DNA of 64,000 nt from an uncultured virus (IMG/VR IMGVR_UViG_3300028833_000062) (IMGVR_UViG_3300028833_000062); one strand, 5' to 3'; numbered from the stretch's first letter, positions 52,039 through 60,899 are shown. The notes: generated by a model not told the origin, from the letters alone. Made by a program: numbers and translations.

Positions 52039-53070
52039 ATGAAGAAATTTTCAGATATATTTAACGAATCTTGTGTAACAAGTGATGTAAATCAAGGTAA
52101 TTCATTATCACTTGGTGTAAGTAATCATTATACACCTGTTCAGAATATTGTAACTAATGTTAGAAATTTATTTTCTATCATAGTTCCTGTTGTTGCATCT
52201 GTTGCAGAAGATGGTGTATCAGTTAAATTAAATTCTAGTAAATTTGTAAATAAAGAAGAAATTAATAAATTACTTTATCAACCAGTATATCAATCACAAT
52301 CTTTATATTCATTCATTGCTTCACAAGGACTTGATCTTGTTAAGATGGTAAATCTTGGCATGTATTTTGTTGTATATTTCTGCCCAAGAGATATTAAACA
52401 AGCAGCTCCTGGTCTTGAAGCAAATCCAGCTTCAGCTCCAGTAAAAGAACAATTCCAAGAAGAAGTTGAAATGTTTAACTTTATCAAAGAAAGTGAAGAT
52501 GATGAAGAATTAAAAGATTTGACTAAAGAAAAACTCAAAGAAATTCTTGATATGAAGGATAAAGTAAAAGCTGCTAAGCAGATGGAATTACTTATTTCTA
52601 GTGAAGTAGAACTTCCAAGAGAATATTATTTTGCTGGTGTTAAAGATAAACAAGGAAATGAATCAATTGCACTTAGATGGAAATATACAGTAAAGAGACC
52701 AAAGGGAATGAGTGCTGAAATTACAAGAAGCCTTATTAATATTTATGGTGTTGATAAAGATGGTGTATGGGTAGGAGATTTTGATGAAGATAGTATGTTC
52801 CAACTTCCTGATGAAGTAAAGAAACTTATTGAAACAGTTCTTGATTATATTGGTGCCGAAAAAACAGATGATCCATGTGTATATGATTTATCCGGAGAAA
52901 ATAAAAAAGATAAAGAAGATAAAGAGGATAAAGATGATGAAGAAACAAAGGATAATTCTAACAAAAATGATGGAAATAAAGAAAAAGAAAGAGAAGAAAG
53001 CAAAAAAGAAAATGATGAAGATGTAGAAGATGATAAATCTCGTGATGAAGCTGATGATTTATTAAAATAA
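52039..53070 (+). CDS. putative internal head/core protein with D/E/K-rich tail
   Basis: MKKFSDIFNE|S. Confidence 0.55.
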   Translation: MKKFSDIFNESCVTSDVNQGNSLSLGVSNHYTPVQNIVTNVRNLFSIIVPVVASVAEDGVSVKLNSSKFVNKEEINKLLYQPVYQSQSLYSFIASQGLDLVKMVNLGMYFVVYFCPRDIKQAAPGLEANPASAPVKEQFQEEVEMFNFIKESEDDEELKDLTKEKLKEILDMKDKVKAAKQMELLISSEVELPREYYFAGVKDKQGNESIALRWKYTVKRPKGMSAEITRSLINIYGVDKDGVWVGDFDEDSMFQLPDEVKKLIETVLDYIGAEKTDDPCVYDLSGENKKDKEDKEDKDDEETKDNSNKNDGNKEKEREESKKENDEDVEDDKSRDEADDLLK

Positions 53071-53088
53071 ATATATGACTATTAAAAT

Positions 53089-53328
53089 ATGAAAAATTTA
53101 GTAGAATATATTAGTGAAAAGTTTAATGATATAAAATCTAAAGAAGTAAATGAACAAGATGAAACTGTTTGGGTACTTAGAGATAAAGATTTAGATGGTG
53201 CAATTTTTGATGTATGTGATACAGAAGAAGATGCTAACCGTTTAAAAGAAATGAAACTTAAAGAAAATCCTGATGCAAATTTTGAAGTAGTAACAGGAAA
53301 AAGAAGTGAATTTGTAAAAGAAAATTAA
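53089..53328 (+). CDS. putative internal head protein
   Basis: MKNLVEYISE|K. Confidence 0.55.
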   Translation: MKNLVEYISEKFNDIKSKEVNEQDETVWVLRDKDLDGAIFDVCDTEEDANRLKEMKLKENPDANFEVVTGKRSEFVKEN

Positions 53329-53341
53329 TAAATAATAAATT

Positions 53342-53632
53342 ATGAAAAATTTAACAGAATATTTAACAGAATCATCATCTATTAATGAAGCATGGAATTC
53401 AAAATGGGATGATGTATTAGATTATCTTTTAGATGATATGGATCCAGAAGAATTAGAATCAATGAAAGAAGATGATCCTGGTGAACTTTTTGATTGGATG
53501 CAAGGACAACTTGAAGATAGTGATGATTCAACAGCAAGAAGTTTTGCTAAAGCATTATCTAAGAATGATCCAGCTGTTATTAAACATATTCAAGATAAAG
53601 TTGATGAAATTTTAGCTGATTATGATGAATAA
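53342..53632 (+). CDS. putative internal head protein, very acidic
   Basis: MKNLTEYLTE|S. Confidence 0.55.
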   Translation: MKNLTEYLTESSSINEAWNSKWDDVLDYLLDDMDPEELESMKEDDPGELFDWMQGQLEDSDDSTARSFAKALSKNDPAVIKHIQDKVDEILADYDE

Positions 53633-53657
53633 TAAAATATTTAAATAAATTAAAATT

Positions 53658-53696
53658 GAGGGATTCTTTTGAATTCCTCTTTTTTTATACTATATT
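53658..53696 (+). promoter_or_regulatory. terminator hairpin overlapping a TGAA-N16-CTATATT promoter
   Basis: GAGGGATTC/GAATTCCTC plus T tract; TGAA 53670, CTATATT 53690. Confidence 0.65.
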
Positions 53697-53709
53697 ATAT
53701 ATGTAATTA

Positions 53710-54036
53710 ATGAAAGATATGTCAAGAAGCTATAATAAAGTATTTACAACTGGTTTATGTTGTGGTGATAATCGTTGGTTTTATAAAGATCGTCGGCATA
53801 AATTTGCAAATCATATAAAACATCAGCTTCGTAATTTGATAGCAAATTATGATACTGATGAAATTGATGATATTATTGAAAAACCTAAATATATTAAACA
53901 AGATACTTGGGCTGAACCTACTGATGGACGTTTAATCTACTTTTCACTTGATAGACTTAAGGAAAGATATAAAGATTGGGATAAAGCAAAAAGAAAACTC
54001 TATCCTAAAATAACTAAAAAATGTAATTGGAAATAA
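53710..54036 (+). CDS. small basic hypothetical protein (MSRSY type)
   Basis: 108 aa. Confidence 0.65.
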   Translation: MKDMSRSYNKVFTTGLCCGDNRWFYKDRRHKFANHIKHQLRNLIANYDTDEIDDIIEKPKYIKQDTWAEPTDGRLIYFSLDRLKERYKDWDKAKRKLYPKITKKCNWK

Positions 54037-54038
54037 TT

Positions 54039-54206
54039 ATGACAGAAGCAAAATTTAGAGACATTATTTCGACAATGGTTGAGTTTGGTTGGCTTGACCC
54101 TGGAAGAGCTATTCTTGATAGAGAATATCTTAATACTCAGTTATCTCTATATATTGAGGCAGCAAATACTGCACGTGAAATACTTAACATGGAACCTTTA
54201 GTTTAG
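54039..54206 (+). CDS. hypothetical protein (55 aa, absent from the ORF track)
   Basis: MTEAKFRDIIS..; fills the gap in the operon. Confidence 0.55.
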   Translation: MTEAKFRDIISTMVEFGWLDPGRAILDREYLNTQLSLYIEAANTAREILNMEPLV

Positions 54207-54218
54207 ATAAATAATATT

Positions 54219-54665
54219 ATGGATAAAGTAGTTAATGGTAAAAAGATTACTGCTGCTGTAGTAATTATTGATAGTGAAGGAAATATTCTTGCTTGTCATG
54301 GTACTGGTAAACCTAAAGATAGTGGATATGATTTTCCTAAGGGTTGTGTAGAAGAAAAGGAAGCAGATATTGCTGCAGCTGTTCGTGAACTTAGAGAAGA
54401 AACAGATATTTATCTTGATGATTCTTATCGACTGATTGATGCAGGAATACATCCGCATAATAAGGAAAAGAATATTCATCTATTTATTTATAAGACTAAT
54501 CATTTTCCTCCTCTTGAACAGTTGAAGTGTTCTACATATTTTGAAAGATATGGTAAGCAATTTCCTGAAGTAGATTCTTATAAGATTATTTCAAAAAGTG
54601 AAAGAAGAATGTTTAATAAAGTACTTCAGAATAAATTTGAAATTATTGATAATTTTAATAAATAA
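54219..54665 (+). CDS. NUDIX hydrolase
   Basis: PKGCVEEKEADIAAAVRELREETDI NUDIX box. Confidence 0.92.
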   Translation: MDKVVNGKKITAAVVIIDSEGNILACHGTGKPKDSGYDFPKGCVEEKEADIAAAVRELREETDIYLDDSYRLIDAGIHPHNKEKNIHLFIYKTNHFPPLEQLKCSTYFERYGKQFPEVDSYKIISKSERRMFNKVLQNKFEIIDNFNK

Positions 54666-54766
54666 TGAAACACAATGTAGAAGTAGAAACATTTTTTAAA
54701 GTATTATTTCTTATTTTAAAACTTGGACTATTAGTTTATTTAATTTTCTTTTTATAATATATAATT

Positions 54767-55351
54767 ATGGCTTATAAAGGTGACCCTGAAAAAGATTTGA
54801 TGTGTCAGTATCTTGACTGGGACAAAAACACAATGAGTCTTGAGACTCTGCTTGGTGCTATTGAAGATGCAAGAAGGAATGCTATTAAAAATGGATATGA
54901 TCCTACAAAGATTCCAGTAGTAATTAGGTTTGATAATATTAATTATGCTATTCCTTGGTATGGCGCAGGATATGGTATTGGTAGTAAAGGATTTAGTATG
55001 TTTATTGAATCTGGTAATTATCATAAAATTATGCCTATCGTTTCTGATGTTCGCCCTGAAAGCGGTGAAGGAGAATATTGGTATAGTCGTGGTCCTGGTT
55101 ATCCTGATATTTCTGGCTTTGTAAAATCTAAACAAGCTGGTGAAAGGATTGATAAGATGGTATCTGAAGTCCTGATGAATAATGAACATAAGTCTTGGTT
55201 AGACTATCGTGAAACTGAGCCTACTTGGATTCAGTATAAGTTTCATAGTGATGAATTTGATATGGAGATGCTTGATAAGCTTACTAAGGAAAACAATGGA
55301 ATTATCACTAAGGAAATTATTAAGAAATGCAGTAAACTTTTTGGAATGTAA
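54767..55351 (+). CDS. hypothetical protein
   Basis: 194 aa ORF. Confidence 0.75.
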   Translation: MAYKGDPEKDLMCQYLDWDKNTMSLETLLGAIEDARRNAIKNGYDPTKIPVVIRFDNINYAIPWYGAGYGIGSKGFSMFIESGNYHKIMPIVSDVRPESGEGEYWYSRGPGYPDISGFVKSKQAGERIDKMVSEVLMNNEHKSWLDYRETEPTWIQYKFHSDEFDMEMLDKLTKENNGIITKEIIKKCSKLFGM

Positions 55352-55353
55352 TT

Positions 55354-55731
55354 ATGGATGTTATTTTATTTATTTATTTTCTAATTTTAGGAATGTTTTG
55401 GTTAGCCACATTATCTTGGCTTTTAATTGATGAAGGTGATTGTTATTATGTTAATGCCATTGTAAATGGTGATGATGAAATAAAAGCAGATATAACTGGT
55501 TGGATAAAAATGGTTTGGATTTCAATTTTCTGGCCTATTTATCTATTATATTTATATCTAAGATATGGATTTATTCCTACAGTTAAATTCTTATGGAAGG
55601 CAATCATATTTATATTTAAGTTTTTGTTATATCCATTTAAATTAGCTTTTGGCTGGATTAAATTCAAGAAACCTTCTGAACCATTACATGATAAGATAGC
55701 TAAATGGATAGTTAAAAAGTACCATTTATAA
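55354..55731 (+). CDS. hypothetical membrane protein
   Basis: Two to three hydrophobic segments. Confidence 0.7.
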   Translation: MDVILFIYFLILGMFWLATLSWLLIDEGDCYYVNAIVNGDDEIKADITGWIKMVWISIFWPIYLLYLYLRYGFIPTVKFLWKAIIFIFKFLLYPFKLAFGWIKFKKPSEPLHDKIAKWIVKKYHL

Positions 55732-55778
55732 TTGAAATTTTATAATTTAATTCTATATTAAATTGTAAAATAAATATT

Positions 55779-55985
55779 ATGAAGAAACGAATAGTAATTA
55801 AAGATTGGAAATATTCATTAGGAGTAGCTTGTAATAAAGTTACTTCTGAAATTATTTATGAAAAGAAAGTAGATGATCATTTTGAATATTTTACTTTTGA
55901 TAATAAATATATAGGAAGATATAATTCTGATGTTTCTTTATTTAGAGATGATTTAAATTTAGTAGTATTAGATTCTGAATATTAA
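55779..55985 (+). CDS. hypothetical protein
   Basis: 68 aa after TGAA..CTATATT motif (55733-55759). Confidence 0.6.
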   Translation: MKKRIVIKDWKYSLGVACNKVTSEIIYEKKVDDHFEYFTFDNKYIGRYNSDVSLFRDDLNLVVLDSEY

Positions 55986-55986
55986 T

Positions 55987-56322
55987 ATGGATAATATTGG
56001 AGAAGTAAAAGATGCACAAGTAAAAGATAAAATCAAAGAAGAAACTACTGATTTAGCAGAAATAGCTAAACTTCTTGATAAAGATATGTTTTTTACTGCA
56101 AATGTTGCAAATAAAAAAACTTGGGCTGTTCAAAAGAAACGTCTTGAAGTTTCTATGCTTGAAATATATAAAGAAATAAATGCTGCTATTAATGCTGGTG
56201 AATTTTCTGTAACACTTTGGCTTACTAATAATCAGAAAGAATTTCTTTATAATAAAAATTTTAGCCTTACTCCTATTGAAAAAGGTAATAGTAAAATAAA
56301 ATGCCAAATTTATTGGAATTAA
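55987..56322 (+). CDS. hypothetical protein
   Basis: 111 aa ORF. Confidence 0.65.
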   Translation: MDNIGEVKDAQVKDKIKEETTDLAEIAKLLDKDMFFTANVANKKTWAVQKKRLEVSMLEIYKEINAAINAGEFSVTLWLTNNQKEFLYNKNFSLTPIEKGNSKIKCQIYWN

Positions 56323-56336
56323 AAAAATTATAATAT

Positions 56337-57041
56337 ATGATACATACTGTAGATAACTTTGAACTTTTTGCTAAGAAGCTTTTTGAGAAGCCTCTTAAAG
56401 AAGATGAATTTTACTTTCTTCAGATTCTAGTTCGTGGAAAGGATGGTCATCATGTAAGTGGTAATAACAAGAATCGTCTTGTCAAATATTACACTATTAC
56501 TTCTGGTGAACAGCTTCTTTCTCTTAAAGATGAGATTCTTGCTATCTGTCATGTAGATAATGCAAGAGCATATATTCATCCTACTAAGAGAAATGCTAAG
56601 GAAGTTGCAAATATTGCTGTTGAGCTTGCAGTTCATACTTTTGTATCTCAGAACTGGATTGGTTTTAAGAGTATGTATTCTACTGCTTTTGGTCAGAGTT
56701 TTGTAACTAATGATAAGAAGTTTATCGTTGATCTTGATGATATTCATGAAGGTGATGCAATCCTTGATGAAATTAGGAATAAAATTTATACTTATCGTGG
56801 TCATGGTGGTGAAAATTCTGATAAGGTATTTATGACTGTTCCAACTAAGAGTGGTGTACATCTTATTACCTGGCCATTTGATGTAGGTCAGTTTACAAAG
56901 GATTTTCCTGGAATTGATATTCATAAGAACAATCCTACTCTTCTTTATTTTAGATGGGAGACTGAAGATGATAAAATTAAAAAGGATAACATAGATAAAT
57001 ATATGATATCTGCTGAATATGGTCGTGCATCAGAATATTAA
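56337..57041 (+). CDS. hypothetical protein with AEP (primase-polymerase)-like motifs
   Basis: FIVDLDD (hhhDhD) and VPTKSGVHLI (TxxGxH). Confidence 0.5.
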   Translation: MIHTVDNFELFAKKLFEKPLKEDEFYFLQILVRGKDGHHVSGNNKNRLVKYYTITSGEQLLSLKDEILAICHVDNARAYIHPTKRNAKEVANIAVELAVHTFVSQNWIGFKSMYSTAFGQSFVTNDKKFIVDLDDIHEGDAILDEIRNKIYTYRGHGGENSDKVFMTVPTKSGVHLITWPFDVGQFTKDFPGIDIHKNNPTLLYFRWETEDDKIKKDNIDKYMISAEYGRASEY

Positions 57042-57042
57042 T

Positions 57043-57135
57043 AAAAACAAGGCAACATGCGAACTGCAGTGGACTGTGTTGAATAATATTAAGTCGTCGA
57101 TACGAGTTATCGAGTGTAAATAATTGCTTGTTTTT
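57043..57135 (+). ncRNA. candidate small four-helix junction RNA
   Basis: Closing stem AAAAACAAG-GCAA / TTGCTTGTTTTT enclosing three hairpins; GC-richer than flanks. Confidence 0.45.
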
Positions 57136-57136
57136 T

Positions 57137-57173
57137 ATTCCAGGAATGAATTCCTGGAATTTTTTTCTATATT
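57137..57173 (+). promoter_or_regulatory. hairpin with TGAA loop plus CTATATT promoter element
   Basis: ATTCCAGGAA-TGAA-TTCCTGGAAT, CTATATT at 57167. Confidence 0.65.
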
Positions 57174-57196
57174 AATATTGTAATTTATTAAAATAT

Positions 57197-57280
57197 ATGA
57201 TTGAAATAATTGCAGTAATATTTGGGTTATTACAAGGTATTACAATTGCTCTTAATAAAAGAAGTAATTGGATATATTGA
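57197..57280 (+). pseudogene. truncated PnuC-like (nicotinamide riboside transporter) remnant
   Basis: MIEIIAVIFGLLQGITIALNKRSNWIY* resembles the PnuC first helix; stops after 27 codons. Confidence 0.45.
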
Positions 57281-57358
57281 AGGTATTAATTGGATGAGTA
57301 ATGAAATTTTAAAAAGAATCTAATACGGATTATAATTTATTATTCAAGAGATTTTTAT

Positions 57359-57691
57359 ATGAATACAAGAGCATTATATAAAACTTGGGAAGATTACATG
57401 CATGCTAAGTATGGTGATAAAATCAAAGAAGAATGTAAGAATTTTGTCTTCTTTGAAGATGGCTCTATGAAGTATGATTTTGATAAATTTAATGATTATT
57501 GGGAAGCTATGATTGATGCTGTAAAGAATGGCGAAAATATTGATAAAGTAGTTAATCTTGTTTTTAGAGAGAAAGTTGATTGGCCTATTGTAAAAGAAAA
57601 ACTTTTGAAAGAAATTAATATAAGAGAATCAGCTAAGAAAGGTTGGGAAACTAGAGCACTTAAGAATTATTTAAATTCAAAGGAAATATGA
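57359..57691 (+). CDS. hypothetical protein
   Basis: 110 aa ORF. Confidence 0.7.
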   Translation: MNTRALYKTWEDYMHAKYGDKIKEECKNFVFFEDGSMKYDFDKFNDYWEAMIDAVKNGENIDKVVNLVFREKVDWPIVKEKLLKEINIRESAKKGWETRALKNYLNSKEI

Positions 57692-57864
57692 AATACAAGA
57701 TTAACATAAAATATTGTCTGCAAACTCTTTCTTATGAATATTATATAATTGATAAGAAGACAAAGAAAGTAGTTGCACATAACTATTATAAAGGTTATGG
57801 TCCTAATAAGAAAATTAGGGAAGGTATTATTAATATGTATAAAGGTATTTTAGATTTTGAATAA
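57688..57864 (+). CDS. hypothetical protein (58 aa, absent from the ORF track)
   Basis: ATGA overlap with upstream stop; MKYKINIKY.. Confidence 0.55.
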   Translation: MKYKINIKYCLQTLSYEYYIIDKKTKKVVAHNYYKGYGPNKKIREGIINMYKGILDFE

Positions 57865-57865
57865 T

Positions 57866-58072
57866 ATGAAATTACCAAACATTATTTATCCAATAGGAAC
57901 AAAGGTTTATAAACCTTCTGGTAAGCCATTTAAATCTGGAAAGAAAATAAATACTATTTCTTGTATTATTGAACATCCATTTAAAAAAGATGAAAATGGT
58001 AACGGAGTTCCAAGTTATAAATTTGTTGAAGATGATTCAATTGTTGAGGCAATAATGTGTAAAGCTATTTAA
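57866..58072 (+). CDS. hypothetical protein
   Basis: IGTKVYKPSGKPFKSG motif. Confidence 0.65.
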   Translation: MKLPNIIYPIGTKVYKPSGKPFKSGKKINTISCIIEHPFKKDENGNGVPSYKFVEDDSIVEAIMCKAI

Positions 58073-58074
58073 TT

Positions 58075-58338
58075 ATGAGCAGAACTTATAGAAAAGAATA
58101 TACAAGTAATCTTTTTCATAATGGTGAACATGGACATCATAATTCTTTAACTAGAGAATTTAAAGGTATTGATGGTTGTTGGACAGTTAAGTCTGGAAGA
58201 GGATTGATTGATCGAAGAGATTATGAATCTGATAGATGTAAAGCTATTAGAAAGATTATGACTCAGAAACGAAGAACTGTTATGAAAAGAAATACTAATA
58301 AAATTATTGAAGAGGAACTATTATATGATGCTTATTAA
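58075..58338 (+). CDS. small basic hypothetical protein (MSRTY type)
   Basis: 87 aa. Confidence 0.65.
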   Translation: MSRTYRKEYTSNLFHNGEHGHHNSLTREFKGIDGCWTVKSGRGLIDRRDYESDRCKAIRKIMTQKRRTVMKRNTNKIIEEELLYDAY

Positions 58339-58464
58339 TATTGGTGGTAATTTATTTCCAATTCCACAAAATAATGACAATAATGATAATGATGATACTC
58401 CTAATGGCTGTGGATGTTTAATCATTATAATTATACTTTTATTGATATTTCTTTTTATAAAATA

Positions 58465-58503
58465 GAGGAGATTCTTTGAATTTCCTCAATTTTTTTCTAT
58501 ATT
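58465..58503 (+). promoter_or_regulatory. terminator hairpin overlapping a TGAA-N16-CTATATT promoter
   Basis: GAGGAGATTC/GAATTTCCTC; TGAA 58477, CTATATT 58497. Confidence 0.65.
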
Positions 58504-58528
58504 ATAATGTGATTAAAAAATAAACATT

Positions 58529-58696
58529 ATGAATAAAGAAGAATTATCAAAGAAAATCCATGATGCTTTGATGGAGTATTCATTTAAGATTGCAATGGAA
58601 AGTGAAGATGGTAAATTTAGCATGTCTGATATGTGTGAAGCATTCCATAAGGGTACTGAAGTAATTCTTGAATCATTAAACATTAATCTTGATTAA
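58529..58696 (+). CDS. hypothetical protein (55 aa, absent from the ORF track)
   Basis: MNKEELSKKIHDAL.. directly upstream of cca. Confidence 0.55.
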   Translation: MNKEELSKKIHDALMEYSFKIAMESEDGKFSMSDMCEAFHKGTEVILESLNINLD

Positions 58697-58697
58697 T

Positions 58698-60125
58698 ATG
58701 ACTTTTAAGACTCTTCCATATGATAACTTACTTAAGGAAATTGGCTGTGTTGCTGATGATCTTAAGTATGAATGCTATGTAGTTGGTGGTTTTGTTCGTG
58801 ACCTACTTCTTAATAGAGACAATGATGACATTGATGTTGTTGTTGTTGGTAAGGGAGTAGAGATGGCTAAGACCTATGTAAAATATCTTCGGGGTTTAGG
58901 AAGAAATGTAAAGTATTCTTTTTTTGAAAACTTTGGTACCGCTCAGGTTAAGGTTGATGATCCTGAGTATGGTGATATTGAAGTTGAGTTTGTTGGCGCA
59001 AGAAAGGAATCTTATGAGCGTGGTTCTAGAAAGCCTATTGTTGAAGAAGGTACTCTTCGTGATGACCAGCTTCGTCGCGACTTTACTATCAATGCAATGG
59101 CAATTTGTTTGAATAAGAAGCATTTTGGAAAGCTTGTTGACCCTTTCAATGGAGTTGATGATCTTAAAAGAGGAATTATTCGTACTCCAGTAAATCCAGA
59201 TATTACTTTTTCTGATGATCCTCTTCGTCAGCTTCGCGCTGTTCGTTTTGCAGCTAAGCTAAATTTTGATATTGATAGAAATACTTTTGAAGGAATTCAG
59301 AGAAATGCAGATAGGCTTTCTATCATCTCTGAGGAAAGAATCAATGTTGAACTTATGAAAATTCTTGCTTCTGACTCTCCTTCTAAGGGTATTCATCTTC
59401 TTCTTGATACTGGACTTCTTGAGAAGTTTCTTCCTGAAGTAAGTAAATTAAATACTGATGGAAGGACTGAGAAGATTACTCATGGGCATAAGAATATCTT
59501 TGCTCATACTCTTGAAGTTCTTTCAAATGTAAGTGCAAAGACTTCTAATCCTTGGATTCGTCTTGCTGCACTTCTTCATGACATTGGTAAGATTCCTACC
59601 AGAAAATATATTCCTGGTACTGGTTATACTTTTATGGGACATGAGAATGTTGGAGCAAACATGGTTGATGTAATTTTCCGCCGTCTTAAGCTTCCTCTTG
59701 ATGAGCATCTTACTCTTGTACATAATTTGGTAAAGCTTCATATGCGTCCTCAGTCAATTGCTTCTGAAGGTGTTACTGATTCTGGCGTACGTCGTCTTGT
59801 CTTTGATGCTGATGGACATATTGATGACCTTCTTATTCTTGCTGAAAGTGATATTACTACTGGTAAACTTGCAAAGAAAGAGAAGTTTATTGCTCAGTAT
59901 GAGGAGTTGAAGAAAAGGATTGAAGAGCTTAAGCAAGCTGACTTTGTAAGAACTTTCCAGCCTTGTGTAAGTGGTAATGATATTATGGAAAGATATGGTC
60001 TTTCTCCTTGTAAGAAGGTTGGTGAACTGAAGCAGATTATCAAGGATGCTGTTCTTGATGGTACTGTAGAGAACACTCCTGAAAAGCTATATGAGATTCT
60101 TGATAAAGAAATGAATTATGAATAA
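58698..60125 (+). CDS. cca: CCA-adding tRNA nucleotidyltransferase with HD domain
   Basis: VVGGFVRD..DIDV, RRDFTINA, FSDDPLR, ERINVEL, ALLHDIGK; VEFVGARKESY block typical of Bacteroidota enzymes. Confidence 0.92.
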   Translation: MTFKTLPYDNLLKEIGCVADDLKYECYVVGGFVRDLLLNRDNDDIDVVVVGKGVEMAKTYVKYLRGLGRNVKYSFFENFGTAQVKVDDPEYGDIEVEFVGARKESYERGSRKPIVEEGTLRDDQLRRDFTINAMAICLNKKHFGKLVDPFNGVDDLKRGIIRTPVNPDITFSDDPLRQLRAVRFAAKLNFDIDRNTFEGIQRNADRLSIISEERINVELMKILASDSPSKGIHLLLDTGLLEKFLPEVSKLNTDGRTEKITHGHKNIFAHTLEVLSNVSAKTSNPWIRLAALLHDIGKIPTRKYIPGTGYTFMGHENVGANMVDVIFRRLKLPLDEHLTLVHNLVKLHMRPQSIASEGVTDSGVRRLVFDADGHIDDLLILAESDITTGKLAKKEKFIAQYEELKKRIEELKQADFVRTFQPCVSGNDIMERYGLSPCKKVGELKQIIKDAVLDGTVENTPEKLYEILDKEMNYE

Positions 60126-60372
60126 TAAAAAGGCAAAAGAAAGATGGATGAAAATCCAAGAGAATAATAAAAAGTGTTGTGCTAATTGTTCTCAATTATG
60201 TAAATATTCAAGTGGTGATTATATTTGTTATTTTTTGACATCTAAAAAAGAAACAAAAACAAGTGGTGTAATTGTTCATGCAGATGAACTTTCTATGGTT
60301 CGTGGAAAGTGTTTTGACAAGTATAATGGATTAAATTTAATGTCGATGCAAATGGTAAAGAAACACCTTTAA
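60118..60372 (+). CDS. small Cys-rich hypothetical protein
   Basis: CCANCSQLC. Confidence 0.6.
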   Translation: MNNKKAKERWMKIQENNKKCCANCSQLCKYSSGDYICYFLTSKKETKTSGVIVHADELSMVRGKCFDKYNGLNLMSMQMVKKHL

Positions 60373-60384
60373 ATAAATATACTT

Positions 60385-60663
60385 ATGAAAAGTAATTATG
60401 CAAAATTATTAAAATATAAAGATGAGATATATACATATTCTCATTCAAAGGGAAATATTTTAATATATATTAGTCAACCTTATTATTATTATGAAGACTG
60501 GCTAGATGATGGTGGTATTCTTGTTGTAAAATATAAACCTAATACAAAAAATAATCAATACTATGTTCTTCATAAATTAAGAATTTGTGAAGGAAGCGGA
60601 CATATTGAACATATAAATTTAACAAAACAAGATAGAATAGCTAAAGAATATGAACATGAATAA
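60385..60663 (+). CDS. hypothetical protein
   Basis: 92 aa ORF. Confidence 0.6.
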   Translation: MKSNYAKLLKYKDEIYTYSHSKGNILIYISQPYYYYEDWLDDGGILVVKYKPNTKNNQYYVLHKLRICEGSGHIEHINLTKQDRIAKEYEHE

Positions 60664-60883
60664 AGAAGCATATATTGAAAAGGTTTTGAATGGAGTATCT
60701 ATCAAAATAGGAAATGCTATAGAATCTGATCATGATAATATGTGGGCTTTAATTGATGACTATATTAGAGCAGGTATTGAAGAAGCATATGATAAAGGCC
60801 ATATAGATGGATATAGTGAAGGTTATAGTGATGCAATGAATACAGCTTCTTATGAATTTGATAGAGAAAGATGTTATCTTTAA
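60650..60883 (+). CDS. hypothetical protein with GxxxG repeats
   Basis: AYDKGHIDGYSEGYSDA. Confidence 0.6.
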   Translation: MNMNKEAYIEKVLNGVSIKIGNAIESDHDNMWALIDDYIRAGIEEAYDKGHIDGYSEGYSDAMNTASYEFDRERCYL

Positions 60884-60899
60884 AATATAATGATTAATT

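Noticed and set aside
57043..57135. tRNA, or an NAD riboswitch controlling the pnuC-like remnant
   Set aside because: No TTCRA loop, 7-nt anticodon loop or CCA; a hairpin and a new promoter motif separate it from the remnant
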